DNA from: a candidate division WWE3 bacterium
GTDB taxonomy: Bacteria > Patescibacteriota > WWE3 > UBA101185 > UBA10185
Reading direction: 5' to 3'
Assembly: GCA_003599255.1 (NCBI GenBank)
Contig: QZJF01000021.1
Span: 2,287 to 66,286, forward strand
Length of the DNA stretch: 64,000 bases
Of the stretch, positions 1 through 9,631 are shown in pieces. Every line of letters begins with the position of its first letter. Position 1 is the first letter of the stretch. The notes below the pieces were generated by a model. The model was not told where the DNA came from, did no database searches, and was given only the letters and a program-made list of their open reading frames with translations. The position numbers and the translations under genes were made by a program.

Positions 1-347
1 TCACCAAGATCTTCACCCAAATCGCTTGCTTCTCTGATAGCAGCTCCTACGGTTTTACCCGTCAGTGACAATACATCACCACCGGTTTCAGCAATTGCCG
101 TCAAAACTCCACCGACAGTGCCTGAAACTACATCAACCAAACTTCCGCCCACTGACGATGCGCTTTCCAGTCCTCCTCGGATAACACTTTCTATTGTGTC
201 TATACCTTGATTAGCTATATCACCTACTCCTTGCAATGCTGCTACTGCCTGATCCTTAACAGAATCTCTGACTGCATCTAATACGTTATCTACTCCCTTA
301 ACCGCATTGACTACCGCGTTCATTGTTTCTTCTACTAATTTTGCTAA
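1..347 (-). CDS. hypothetical protein, N-terminal part only (gene runs off window start); G/V/A-rich
   Basis: Open frame on minus strand from GTG at 345-347 (ATG alternative at ~320) preceded by GGAGGTG RBS at 353-359; no stop before window edge; not in ORF track because truncated. Confidence 0.45.
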
Positions 348-410
348 CACGAAATCACCTCCTTTTTTTCAAAATTTTTGATTTCAAACTTGTATAATAA
401 TTATACATAT

Positions 411-902
411 ATGACTACTCTTACCCATACCGTAACCGGACTTGCACTGGGAAAACTTATGTTTAACAGCATCGGAGCACCTGCCTTTTACATGGATGAA
501 ACAACTTTTGTTTTATATTCGGGAATAATTTCAAACTTTCCGGATCTGAATATGTTGTGGAAACGCAATTTACATACTCATCACGATGATCTCACACACT
601 ATCCGGTTATACCTTTTGTTTTATCGATGCTATTTCTGGTTCTTTCTCGGTTTTTAATAATTCCTAACGAGTTACTTATTTTTCCCATATTGTGGCTGAT
701 ACATTTATTTCTGGATTTATATGGAATCAGAGCCGGAATTCATCTTTTTTGGCCCTTTAACAGGCATGAGGTATCTCTAATCAAACTGGAAAAAATCGAA
801 AAAGCTTCTATTACCAAGAAAATAGACATTGCTCTAAGCAATGGTCAGGTAGTATTTGAACTTGTCGCTTTGGCTGTCAGTATAACTTTCCTTTTGACCT
901 AA
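411..902 (+). CDS. membrane-bound metal-dependent hydrolase (YdjM/DUF457-like)
   Basis: Hydrophobic protein with HTHHDD motif. ORF track starts at a TTG at 378, but a TATAAT box at 393-398 lies inside that extension, so ATG 411 is the likelier start with a near-leaderless transcript. Confidence 0.5.
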   Translation: MTTLTHTVTGLALGKLMFNSIGAPAFYMDETTFVLYSGIISNFPDLNMLWKRNLHTHHDDLTHYPVIPFVLSMLFLVLSRFLIIPNELLIFPILWLIHLFLDLYGIRAGIHLFWPFNRHEVSLIKLEKIEKASITKKIDIALSNGQVVFELVALAVSITFLLT

Positions 903-999
903 CACGCTATAGGGTGTATAATTTCCGCATCCCAAAAAGAAACTGCTGATATCACAGGAGGTGAATTATGTCTTAATCCCAATATAGGAGGTTAAGACA

Positions 1000-1284
1000 A
1001 TGGTTCTTTACACTGACCGCCGCGATGGCCGGTCATACAAGAAAGCAGTTGAAAAAGTAGAGTTCAATCGGGCCCGGTCTATGCGCAAATCAAAACGCGA
1101 TCTTTCCAAAAAGATTCGCCGCTATCAAGGGTTCATTCCTGATGGAAACGCTTACCGGAAACTTTTCGGTGGGTTTTTCTATTATGACTGGATTTACGAT
1201 ATGCGCTTTGACAATCCCGATAAACTACTCGAAAAAGATATTATTACTTATGGCTACAACGGAGAAAACTACCTTTCCAAGTAG
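1000..1284 (+). CDS. hypothetical small basic protein
   Basis: 94-aa ORF with AGGAGG RBS (983-988) 8 nt upstream of ATG. Confidence 0.45.
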   Translation: MVLYTDRRDGRSYKKAVEKVEFNRARSMRKSKRDLSKKIRRYQGFIPDGNAYRKLFGGFFYYDWIYDMRFDNPDKLLEKDIITYGYNGENYLSK

Positions 1285-1339
1285 CCACGATGGCCGGAAT
1301 GTTAATACCACACCAGGTAAAGACTTTCCGGCTGTTTTT

Positions 1340-2545
1340 TTATTCGTATCTTAGAGCCTCTATCGGTTGAAGTCTTGCCGCTTTTTGTGCAGGATACCAC
1401 CCGAAGAGTATACCTATTAGTGCCGAAACACCAAAAGCCAGTCCAATTGCATTGACTGATATTACAAAAGACATACTCATTACTTTTGTCAGCAAATAAG
1501 AAACACCCACTCCCAACATTACACCTATCAGTCCGCCTGTTATGGTTAGGACAATTGCTTCGATCAAAAATTGGGTAATTATGGCTTTTCGTTTAGCACC
1601 CAATGCCTTGCGTATACCAATTTCTCTTGTACGCTCCGTTACTGTAACCAACATAATGTTCATGATACCTATTCCGCCTACAACCAAGGATATTGCTGCA
1701 ATTCCGGTTAGTAGTGTGGTAAAGGTTTGTGTTATTTCATTTGCGGTTTCCAAAATATCGCTCTGAGAACTTATGGTAAAATCTGCATCTTCCGGTTTTT
1801 CAAATCCATGTCGCTCCAACAGGAAAAAACCAAGTTGATTTTCTGCCGCATTCATTAATGATTCTTCTTTTGCGCTGACATAAATGCTTGAGACATGACT
1901 TACTCCAAACAATGACTTTTGTGCCGTGCTTAAGGGTATGAAGATATTTCCGTCAGTTCCAAACCCTTTAGATTTGATGATTCCGATAACTTTAAATGCG
2001 GTTCCGTTGATTCGCACGTTGCTTCCGATAGGATTTTTATTCTCAAACAGATCTTCTATAACATCCGTTCCTAAGACGGCTACCTTGTTCTGCAGCTCCA
2101 GATCGTCATCCGTAATAGGAAAACCGTACTCAATTTCTATATTGTTTAAGTCAAAATAATCCGAAGTTATTCCTAATATTGAAACATTTGTATTATTTCC
2201 TTCAAAAACTACCTGTGTCTGAGCAGAATATACCGCGGCTACCTTATCTATTGTGGTAAATCTCTTCGAAGTTTTTATGGCTTCGGCATCTTCGTTTGTC
2301 AAAGTCGTTACACTGCTACCGCCCCGCAGGAATCCCTGTTGATTTGATCCGGGACGTATTGTAAGTAGGTTTGAACCCAGTGATTGAATTCTTTCCTTGA
2401 CGCTTTGCTGACTGGCTGCACCTAATGACATAAGAGATATTACTGAGCCGATACCTATAATTATGCCCAGCATCGAAAGCGCGGTTCTTAGTTTATTTGT
2501 TTTGAGTACGATTACACTTTCTTCAAATATTTCGATTAATTTCAT
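1340..2545 (-). CDS. macB: ABC transporter permease, MacB/FtsX family
   Basis: N-terminal TM helix, large periplasmic domain and C-terminal FtsX 4-TM bundle; typical MacB N-terminus [35 protein letters not shown]. Confidence 0.85.
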   Translation of the reverse strand: MKLIEIFEESVIVLKTNKLRTALSMLGIIIGIGSVISLMSLGAASQQSVKERIQSLGSNLLTIRPGSNQQGFLRGGSSVTTLTNEDAEAIKTSKRFTTIDKVAAVYSAQTQVVFEGNNTNVSILGITSDYFDLNNIEIEYGFPITDDDLELQNKVAVLGTDVIEDLFENKNPIGSNVRINGTAFKVIGIIKSKGFGTDGNIFIPLSTAQKSLFGVSHVSSIYVSAKEESLMNAAENQLGFFLLERHGFEKPEDADFTISSQSDILETANEITQTFTTLLTGIAAISLVVGGIGIMNIMLVTVTERTREIGIRKALGAKRKAIITQFLIEAIVLTITGGLIGVMLGVGVSYLLTKVMSMSFVISVNAIGLAFGVSALIGILFGWYPAQKAARLQPIEALRYE

Positions 2546-3219
2546 TTTTTTTCCTCGTCTTTTTGAATTTTACCGTCAACTAAAGTAATTACTCTTTTTG
2601 TTCTGGATGCTACCGCTTCTTCATGAGTTATGATTATTATCGTGTGCCCTTCGTTGTTTAGCTTTGAAAATATATCCATGATTTCATGAGTTTGACTGGT
2701 AGGAAGATTTCCGGTGGGTTCATCCGCAAGTATGATACTAGGTTTCATAGAAAGAGACCGGGCGATGGCTACTCTTTGTTTTTGGCCACCTGAAAGCTGA
2801 TTTGGCATGTTGTTAATCTTATCTTTTAGTCCGACCGCCTCTAAAACTTCTTTTGCACGTTCGACTCTTTCTTTTTTGGATAAGCCTGCGTAGACCATTG
2901 GAAGAGCAACATTTTTAAGTGCACTTGTCCTTGCTAACAAGTTATATGCTTGAAATACAAAACCGATTTCCTTGTTACGTATATCAGCTAGTTCATCATC
3001 AGACATGGCTTCCACATTTTTTCCGTTGAGAACATATTTGCCTGAAGTTGGCACGTCCAGAGCGCCCAAAATATGCATGAGTGTGGATTTTCCTGACCCT
3101 GAAGGTCCCATAATGGAAACAAACTCCCCGTGTTCAATCTCAAAACTTACTCCATCCAGGGCCACTGTCTTTACATCTCCGTTATTGTAAGTTTTGGTGA
3201 TATTTTCTATTTTAAGCAT
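2542..3219 (-). CDS. ABC transporter ATP-binding protein (MacB/LolD-type)
   Basis: Walker [13 protein letters not shown] signature LSGGQKQR, Walker B ILADEPT; 4-nt overlap with the downstream permease. Confidence 0.9.
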   Translation of the reverse strand: MLKIENITKTYNNGDVKTVALDGVSFEIEHGEFVSIMGPSGSGKSTLMHILGALDVPTSGKYVLNGKNVEAMSDDELADIRNKEIGFVFQAYNLLARTSALKNVALPMVYAGLSKKERVERAKEVLEAVGLKDKINNMPNQLSGGQKQRVAIARSLSMKPSIILADEPTGNLPTSQTHEIMDIFSKLNNEGHTIIIITHEEAVASRTKRVITLVDGKIQKDEEKK

Positions 3220-3220
3220 T

Positions 3221-4447
3221 TTATCTTCCCGGAAATGCTCCCGGTCCCATCATTATTCTCTGTGAACCGCTGTTGCCATTGTTAAAACCTGATGTAGGGA
3301 GTGTGTTCAAAATAACTTTTTGTCCTACCTCAAGTCCGGAAGTTATCTCAGTAAAATCCGTTGTTCTTATTCCAATTTTGATTTCTGTTTTTTTTGCTGC
3401 GCCGCTTTCTTGTACCTGAACATAAGTTTTTCCTTTTTCCGCAATTAGTGCTGCTGTAGGAATGTATACAACATCTTTCTTTTCCTCAATAATTATTTCC
3501 GCGTCAACTCCCATGTTCGGAAGAACCAGATCAGATTCTTCATCAAACTTAACTATAACCGGATAGTTTGAGACTCCGCTGGACAAAGAACCGATTTTAT
3601 CTATCCCAACCACTTCTCCCATAAATACTTTGTTATCAATACTGTTCAAGCTCAATTCAACTTTCTGCCCTACTTTTATTTTGTTTATATCGACTTCGCT
3701 TATATTAACTGAAGCTATAGGTGCGCCTTCATTTTTTATTGAAGCCACAGTGCTGGAGGTTCTTTCAGAAAGTGAGTTAGTTATGTCCATTCCTTCAACA
3801 ACAACTATATTCGCAATCATTCCGGATCCAGGAGCAACTATCACCGGCGATTGCGCCTGATATGTCAACCAGGCTTTGCTCAGATTCGATTCTGCTTGTG
3901 ATATAACATCTTTTTGCAGGTCATATATTGTTTTTGCGGAATTGTATGTATTTTCAGCTAAAGTGTAAGCGATCCGTTCATCATGGGATTGATAACTGTT
4001 GCTCTCTTTTTCATCCTGAAATGCCTCTTCCGCATTTATTAGATCCGATTCAAGTTTGTTGTATTCGTTTTTAGCTTTCTCCAGTGAAGTTTTTGCAGAT
4101 AAATACTGTGACCACGCCTGTGTTCTACTCTCCTCACCTTCAGAGTTAAGCGTGATTTCCATTATTTTTTGGCCTTTAGTGACGGTATCCCCCTCTTTTA
4201 CATAAACCTTTTTCACAATCCCGTTTACACTGGTTGTCACAGCAAGGTAGTTAGCCGATTCAATTTGACCTGAAACCGAGACGGTTGATTTGATGTCGCC
4301 TTTCTGAACATCCACAACAACCTTCTCCTGTGTTCCGGAACTTGTGACGTCAGATCTTGATTTATTCCATAGGATAACCCCAATACCAATTAATAAAACT
4401 ATTGCCGACACAACTATTATCTTTTTGTTCTTAATTCTAATCATCAT
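3221..4447 (-). CDS. efflux periplasmic adaptor subunit (HlyD/MacA family)
   Basis: N-terminal TM anchor, coiled-coil hairpin, beta-barrel/lipoyl-like segments; first gene of a minus-strand operon 4447 to 1340. Confidence 0.8.
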   Translation of the reverse strand: MMIRIKNKKIIVVSAIVLLIGIGVILWNKSRSDVTSSGTQEKVVVDVQKGDIKSTVSVSGQIESANYLAVTTSVNGIVKKVYVKEGDTVTKGQKIMEITLNSEGEESRTQAWSQYLSAKTSLEKAKNEYNKLESDLINAEEAFQDEKESNSYQSHDERIAYTLAENTYNSAKTIYDLQKDVISQAESNLSKAWLTYQAQSPVIVAPGSGMIANIVVVEGMDITNSLSERTSSTVASIKNEGAPIASVNISEVDINKIKVGQKVELSLNSIDNKVFMGEVVGIDKIGSLSSGVSNYPVIVKFDEESDLVLPNMGVDAEIIIEEKKDVVYIPTAALIAEKGKTYVQVQESGAAKKTEIKIGIRTTDFTEITSGLEVGQKVILNTLPTSGFNNGNSGSQRIMMGPGAFPGR

Positions 4448-4489
4448 ATTACGATCATATTTACCAATTCTGAGAAAATGCTGAAAATA

Positions 4490-5254
4490 TCAAATGTTTG
4501 AGTAATCAAAGCAATATTTTGCACACTTGGACAGGATCTCATTGGTCATCCGCTTATCCTTTTGGTCATCTGACAAGAATGAAAAGATAAATGGCGATTT
4601 AGAGTATACAACACCTACTTCGTGCATGGCCTCCGGCAGTGAACCGTACTTTCGCGGAACTTTAATATCGTTGGGAAGATACAACGCGATTCTGGTTCTA
4701 TCCAGCTGCTCATTCATATAATCAAGAATTTCTTGTGATCCCGAAAGTTTGTGATTATAAAGCATTTCCAGAAGTGATGTCATATCGTTTGCTGTAGTAA
4801 GGTTAGGCCCCCTGCCGGCTTTAATCATCATTTTGTGTCTGAAGGTAGTATCTCTTAATCCCAACTCCTGAGTGTATTTTTCAATCGATTCCCATCCAAC
4901 CAGGTCAATAATCTGATTCGTAGCCGAATTGTCCGAAACAATCAACATAAGTTTTACAAGATCAATGGCTGGATATTGTATATCACGAGAAAGATGTTTA
5001 ATCACTCCTGCCGCATCCACAAAGTTATCTTCCGAGACCATAATGCGAGTTTGTGGGTCAAATTTACTTTCAGAAACTTGCCTGAAAAACTCACATGCAA
5101 TAGGGACTTTTATCACACTTGCGGCCCAAAGTTGCAGGTCGGGATTATGCTCAAATATATCTCCGGTATTTAAGAATTTAACTTTCAGAGCTACATGTCC
5201 TTCAAGTTGATTTAGTTCGTTTTTTAATGTTTCGATTAGTTTTTTAAAAGTCAT
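4490..5254 (-). CDS. serine hydrolase, class A beta-lactamase-like
   Basis: SxxK (SVIK), SDN and K[TY]G motifs in class-A order and spacing. Confidence 0.6.
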   Translation of the reverse strand: MTFKKLIETLKNELNQLEGHVALKVKFLNTGDIFEHNPDLQLWAASVIKVPIACEFFRQVSESKFDPQTRIMVSEDNFVDAAGVIKHLSRDIQYPAIDLVKLMLIVSDNSATNQIIDLVGWESIEKYTQELGLRDTTFRHKMMIKAGRGPNLTTANDMTSLLEMLYNHKLSGSQEILDYMNEQLDRTRIALYLPNDIKVPRKYGSLPEAMHEVGVVYSKSPFIFSFLSDDQKDKRMTNEILSKCAKYCFDYSNI

Positions 5255-5961
5255 TTTAATTTTTCAGGATATGTAACTCGTGTAGATAGAATTTCAAATC
5301 CCCTCGCTGATAATTGTACTACAGCGTTACCTGCGCACTTGTCCGGTACGGTTACAGTGTCACCTGATAGTTTATTATTTTCTGCATAAATATCCTCCGC
5401 AAGTGACATTTTCTCGATAGGTTTTGTGGCGTATTCAAAATTTCTGCCCCGTACTATAACCTTTGTAACACCCATTTGTGCCAACTTTGATCCTAAGATA
5501 TCCCAGTTTTTTATTTCCGTTTCGTGCTTTCTGACAAAGAGATCTTCAGTGTTTTCAATGCAGGGCACGGAAGTATCTTGAAAAGTCGGAATTACATACA
5601 CTTTTCCCTTCATTAGTTTTGAGTACATCTTACCGTATTCGTCGATATTCCACTCAAATCCCGGCGGGGCTTCAATGAAAGAAAGAACCGGTATATTTTC
5701 CGGGTTTATTGATGACAAGGCCTTATCTCTTATCTGTTTGTATTCTTCGGATTTCGGTGATGTATCACCTGTTTCATTGTAGTGTGAATGAATCCATATT
5801 TGCACTGTACCGTTCGAACCAACAACTTTTCGTCTGAAATCAAACTGGTCTTCCTCGTCCATATTTAGAAAATCGGTCAGTATAAGTTCACCAAATTTCC
5901 GCTCTTGTTTAGTAGAGGTTTCTTGAATTTCAAAGATTTCCGGTGATTGTGTTTCTATCAT
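5251..5961 (-). CDS. hypothetical protein
   Basis: 236-aa ORF translationally coupled between rfbA and the beta-lactamase-like gene; no recognisable motif. Confidence 0.5.
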   Translation of the reverse strand: MIETQSPEIFEIQETSTKQERKFGELILTDFLNMDEEDQFDFRRKVVGSNGTVQIWIHSHYNETGDTSPKSEEYKQIRDKALSSINPENIPVLSFIEAPPGFEWNIDEYGKMYSKLMKGKVYVIPTFQDTSVPCIENTEDLFVRKHETEIKNWDILGSKLAQMGVTKVIVRGRNFEYATKPIEKMSLAEDIYAENNKLSGDTVTVPDKCAGNAVVQLSARGFEILSTRVTYPEKLK

Positions 5962-6674
5962 CGTTCTTTATTTGCCCAGTACTGATTGGATAAGAAAAGA
6001 CTTTCAAAAGTCCCTGCGTCATTCCAAAACCCTGGCAGTTCGGACCATTCCAATAAATTATCTTCTATGTAACTGTTATTTAAGTCCGTGACTTCAAGTT
6101 CACCTCGAGCGCTGGGTTTCAGTTTTTTTATTCTTTCAAAGACAGTGTTGTCATAAATGTACAGACCGGTAACACCGTAATTGGATTTAGGATTCTTGGG
6201 TTTTTCTTCAATAGTTAATATGTTTTTATTTTCGTCAAATACAGGTACGCCGAATCTGTTGGGATTATCTACCTGTTTTAGAAACACTTTCGCACCTTTT
6301 TTAAAATTCTCAACATCTTTTTTTATGTCTGCGTCTGTTGTGTTGTCTCCAAGAATAACCACAATATTGTCATTATCCGCAAAACTCCCACCGCAGGAAA
6401 TTGCACCGGAAATTCCCGAGATGGACTCGTCTTGAAATGCGTACTCTACTTTTTTTAGTCCGAATTCTTCACCGTTTCGTAAAACATTAATAAAATCTCC
6501 GGAATGCGGTTCGCTTACAACAATTAGAATGTCCTTAATACCGGTATTCACCAGTGTTTGAATCGGGTAATAAATCATCGGCTTGTTATATATAGGTAAT
6601 AGGTGTTTATTTGTTGCCCTAGTTAAAGGGTACAGACGGGTTCCTTTTCCGCCTGCGCATATGATTCCTTTCAT
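5958..6674 (-). CDS. rfbA: glucose-1-phosphate thymidylyltransferase (short form)
   Basis: N-terminal GGKGTRLYPLT nucleotidyltransferase signature. Confidence 0.85.
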   Translation of the reverse strand: MKGIICAGGKGTRLYPLTRATNKHLLPIYNKPMIYYPIQTLVNTGIKDILIVVSEPHSGDFINVLRNGEEFGLKKVEYAFQDESISGISGAISCGGSFADNDNIVVILGDNTTDADIKKDVENFKKGAKVFLKQVDNPNRFGVPVFDENKNILTIEEKPKNPKSNYGVTGLYIYDNTVFERIKKLKPSARGELEVTDLNNSYIEDNLLEWSELPGFWNDAGTFESLFLSNQYWANKER

Positions 6675-6685
6675 ACGTGGGACTA

Positions 6686-7339
6686 TTATATCAGTTTGTC
6701 AGTGCCAAAATTTTGGTAAAGAGCGTCAATATAGTCTGTTACCTCTTTAATCCCTTTTAACGATTCAGTTACTTCTTTTATTTCCTCTGCTACTTCTTTT
6801 CCGAATCCGATTCCGCTTACAAATTTGTCTACAGTTGTTAGATCCGGTTGAACCGCAAAATATGTTTGCAGTATTTTATGCCAATGTGAAATATGTTCTT
6901 CACTCAGTCCAAAACTCAACTCCTCCTCGAGTACGTTGTCCAGCATACTTTTGTAGCTGTCCCAGTCATTTACTTTGCTGTAAAGAACAATGTCCTCCAA
7001 AAATTTTACTGATTGGGTAATATATTTTGACTTTGGGCAAAATTCATATATGTTTCTGCTTAAAAGAAAATTTTCTCTGACGCGGTCAACAAAAGAGTGA
7101 AATTTCAAACCGGCTTTAAATGGGTCAGACCCCATAATATCCTGCATCGAAACATCAGGAAAGTGGGTTTTACTTCTGTCAATTTTTCCGAGATATCTTA
7201 TGTCTGGAAAGCTCGTCCCCACAATGAAGTGAAGTCTGTCTTTGTCGGAGAATTGAGAATTATAGATTTTTTCAAATAATACTATGTGGGTTATTGGAGC
7301 TGCCATACAAAAAGTATAACAATTACAATGGGAAATCAA
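6686..7339 (-). CDS. hypothetical protein (possible metal-dependent hydrolase)
   Basis: 217-aa ORF inside the rfb operon; alternative start MAAPITHIV at 7306; several His/Asp clusters. Confidence 0.5.
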   Translation of the reverse strand: MISHCNCYTFCMAAPITHIVLFEKIYNSQFSDKDRLHFIVGTSFPDIRYLGKIDRSKTHFPDVSMQDIMGSDPFKAGLKFHSFVDRVRENFLLSRNIYEFCPKSKYITQSVKFLEDIVLYSKVNDWDSYKSMLDNVLEEELSFGLSEEHISHWHKILQTYFAVQPDLTTVDKFVSGIGFGKEVAEEIKEVTESLKGIKEVTDYIDALYQNFGTDKLI

Positions 7340-8337
7340 ACATTTTGAGAATAGAATTTTTCCGCTACTTTTTTTGCTTCATTCCAGAATTCTTCATTAT
7401 TCTTGTACCATTCGACAGTTTTTTCCAATCCAGTCCGCAAAGTCAGCGTTGGGGTCCAACCCAGCTCCTTATTTAATTTAGTCCAATCTACAGAGTATCT
7501 CTTGTCGTGACCTGGCCTGTCCTTAATAAACTCGATATAACTTTTGTCTTTTCCTGTTATTTCCAGAAGCATCTCAGCCAATTCCAGATTAGTGATATCT
7601 TTTGTTAAACCTCCTACCAAGTATGTTTCCCCAACTCTTCCCTTTTCTATAATGGTTTCAATTGCTATGCAGTGATCCTCAACAAAGAGCCAGTCTCTAA
7701 TGTATTTTCCATCACCATAAATCTTAATCGGAGTATTTTGCAGAAGATTAGTAATTGAACGTGGAATAAATTTTTCAGGACTTGCAAATGGTCCATAGTT
7801 GTTTGAACAATTTGAAGTAGTTACCGGAAGTCCATATGTTGCATAATATGATCTCACCAGATGATCTGAAGCCGCCTTAGAAGCTGAGTAAGGACTTCTG
7901 GGGTCGTATTGGGTGTTTTCTGTGAACTTCTCTTCTCCTTCCAAAGATAATTCTCCAAAAACCTCATCTGTAGAAACATGATGAAATCTTTTAACGTTGT
8001 TTTTTAATGCTGCTTCTAATAAGCTGTGAGTTCCGAAAATATTTGTCTTTAAAAATATCTCAGGGTTTTGTATGGACCTGTCAACGTGAGACTCCGCCGC
8101 AAAGTGAACGACAACATCTACACCCTTCATTATTTCCTCCATTGCAGGGTAATTGCATATGTCTTCCTGAATAAAGTTGTACCTTTTGTTGCCGGTAAGA
8201 AGATTGTTAACTTTTTTATTCGCGGCATAAGTAAGTTTATCCACATTTATAATTTCATCTTCCGGATGATTTTTGACATATCTGAGAATAAAGTTTGTGC
8301 CAATAAACCCACAGGCACCTGTTATTAGTAATTTCAT
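7336..8337 (-). CDS. rfbB: dTDP-glucose 4,6-dehydratase
   Basis: TGACGFIG Rossmann motif, YxxxK catalytic region, ~333 aa SDR-extended family. Confidence 0.9.
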   Translation of the reverse strand: MKLLITGACGFIGTNFILRYVKNHPEDEIINVDKLTYAANKKVNNLLTGNKRYNFIQEDICNYPAMEEIMKGVDVVVHFAAESHVDRSIQNPEIFLKTNIFGTHSLLEAALKNNVKRFHHVSTDEVFGELSLEGEEKFTENTQYDPRSPYSASKAASDHLVRSYYATYGLPVTTSNCSNNYGPFASPEKFIPRSITNLLQNTPIKIYGDGKYIRDWLFVEDHCIAIETIIEKGRVGETYLVGGLTKDITNLELAEMLLEITGKDKSYIEFIKDRPGHDKRYSVDWTKLNKELGWTPTLTLRTGLEKTVEWYKNNEEFWNEAKKVAEKFYSQNV

Positions 8338-8774
8338 TAGTTTAGATGATATTTAGGCAGAGCGTCCTCAATAACTTTTTGTACATTGGGCAATAGATTT
8401 AATTCGGTTAGTTCACTTACTTTAACCCAAACAGGTTCATTTTCCTCATTTCCTTTTAATTCACCGGAAAAGTTATTGCACAAAAATGTTTGCAGTCTAA
8501 AATGCTTTATACTCCCGTCTTTTCTTGGAATATCGGCCTCATATGTAAAAGGTAGCTTCTCAAGATTTTCTACGGTAGTTTCCAACCCTGTTTCCTCCTT
8601 TAACTCCCTTGCTGCATTCTCCGCAAGCGTTTCGTTGTCACTTAGACGTCCAGCAGGAATTCCGTATTTTTCGCTTTCGTGCTCAGCCTTTGCCAAGTGC
8701 TTAACAAGTAATACTTTTTCGAACTTAGGGTCAAAGATAACTACACCAACAGTTTCAATTGTTACCATGCGCAT
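8337..8774 (-). CDS. NUDIX hydrolase
   Basis: Nudix box GRLSDNETLAENAARELKEETGL. Confidence 0.8.
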   Translation of the reverse strand: MRMVTIETVGVVIFDPKFEKVLLVKHLAKAEHESEKYGIPAGRLSDNETLAENAARELKEETGLETTVENLEKLPFTYEADIPRKDGSIKHFRLQTFLCNNFSGELKGNEENEPVWVKVSELTELNLLPNVQKVIEDALPKYHLN

Positions 8775-8780
8775 ATTATA

Positions 8781-9086
8781 TCAGTTTGGATTGTCTTTAC
8801 TTTTTCTAGTATTAAACCACCCGATACCAAAGATAGTCGAAATAAAGACAGTTTCTATAGGAATTACATAACTTGTCAGGGTACAATCAAAGGTTTTGCA
8901 GTCAACGCAATCCATTATCGGGGCAAGATAGTTATTTAAATATATAGTCCAAAGTATAGATCCCGGTCTAAAACCTATCGGCGGACAACCACAGCATGTA
9001 AATGGACTAATTTTTAGAATAGATATGATAAGTGTCGTCACTAAAAAGATTACCGATAGTGATAAGTACAAATGATTCTTTTTCAT
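8781..9086 (-). CDS. small Cys-rich membrane protein
   Basis: Start taken at MKKNHLYL (9086) because the longer ORF-track start overlaps tRNA-Phe; one TM helix followed by a CC..C..C..C segment. Confidence 0.4.
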   Translation of the reverse strand: MKKNHLYLSLSVIFLVTTLIISILKISPFTCCGCPPIGFRPGSILWTIYLNNYLAPIMDCVDCKTFDCTLTSYVIPIETVFISTIFGIGWFNTRKSKDNPN

Positions 9087-9097
9087 ATGATAATGCC

Positions 9098-9173
9098 TGG
9101 TGGGGAGGGTGGGAATCGAACCCACATAGCCGGTTTTTCAGACCGGTGCCGTGACCGCCTTGGCTACCGCCCC
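9098..9173 (-). tRNA. tRNA-Phe (anticodon GAA)
   Basis: Cloverleaf with anticodon loop CUGAAAA and T-loop GGTTCGATTCC; CCA encoded; one C-T mismatch in the acceptor stem. Confidence 0.85.
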
Positions 9174-9282
9174 GGAAACTAACCAATTTTATCAATATAT
9201 ATAGGGAATTTCCATAATCTATGTGGAAAACCTATTAGGAGGACAGGATCCTAATAGGTTTAATGTTGCAGTCAGTCAGAGA

Positions 9283-9474
9283 TTATTCCGTAGTAGAAAC
9301 TGGAAAATCATCATCCTTAAAACTGCAGTTCTGCGCTCCCGCAGAAGTCATCGTGTGGCGGAAAATCAAATATACTTTTCCGTCTAGTTCCTTGGTGCCG
9401 GGGGCTTCCATAACATCGCCGCATTTTGGGCACCTGTAGGTCATCAGATCGTCAATTTGATCATCAGGGGGCAT
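9283..9474 (-). CDS. small zinc-ribbon protein
   Basis: 63-aa ORF with CPKCG ... C motif between tRNA-Phe and tRNA-Gly; GC content somewhat above background. Confidence 0.4.
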   Translation of the reverse strand: MPPDDQIDDLMTYRCPKCGDVMEAPGTKELDGKVYLIFRHTMTSAGAQNCSFKDDDFPVSTTE

Positions 9475-9525
9475 CTTTACTCCTTTCGGTCGGATAAGGT
9501 GTGGGTATTATACAAGATTTTTTAA

Positions 9526-9600
9526 TGGAGCGGGAAACGGGGTTCGAACCCGCGGCCTCTTCCTTGGCAAGGAAGCGCTCTACCACTGAGCTATTCCCGC
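9526..9600 (-). tRNA. tRNA-Gly (anticodon GCC)
   Basis: GCGGGAATAGCTCAGTGGTAGAGC ... anticodon loop UUGCCAA ... GGTTCGAACCC ... CCA. Confidence 0.85.
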
Positions 9601-9631
9601 TAACTGTGGTAAACGTAAAGAATTATAGCAT

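Noticed and set aside
1926-2159. Numerous 60-150-aa ORFs antisense to or embedded in large genes (for example 1542-1766, 1926-2159, 29059-29376, 37125-37424, 51407-52195, 58371-58814)
   Set aside because: All lie inside confidently assigned genes on the opposite strand or alternative frames, have Ser/Ile/Leu-rich low-complexity translations typical of AT-rich antisense frames, and lack RBS.
9007-9195. 62-aa minus-strand ORF
   Set aside because: Completely overlaps tRNA-Phe (9098-9173); artefact of the GC-rich tRNA sequence.
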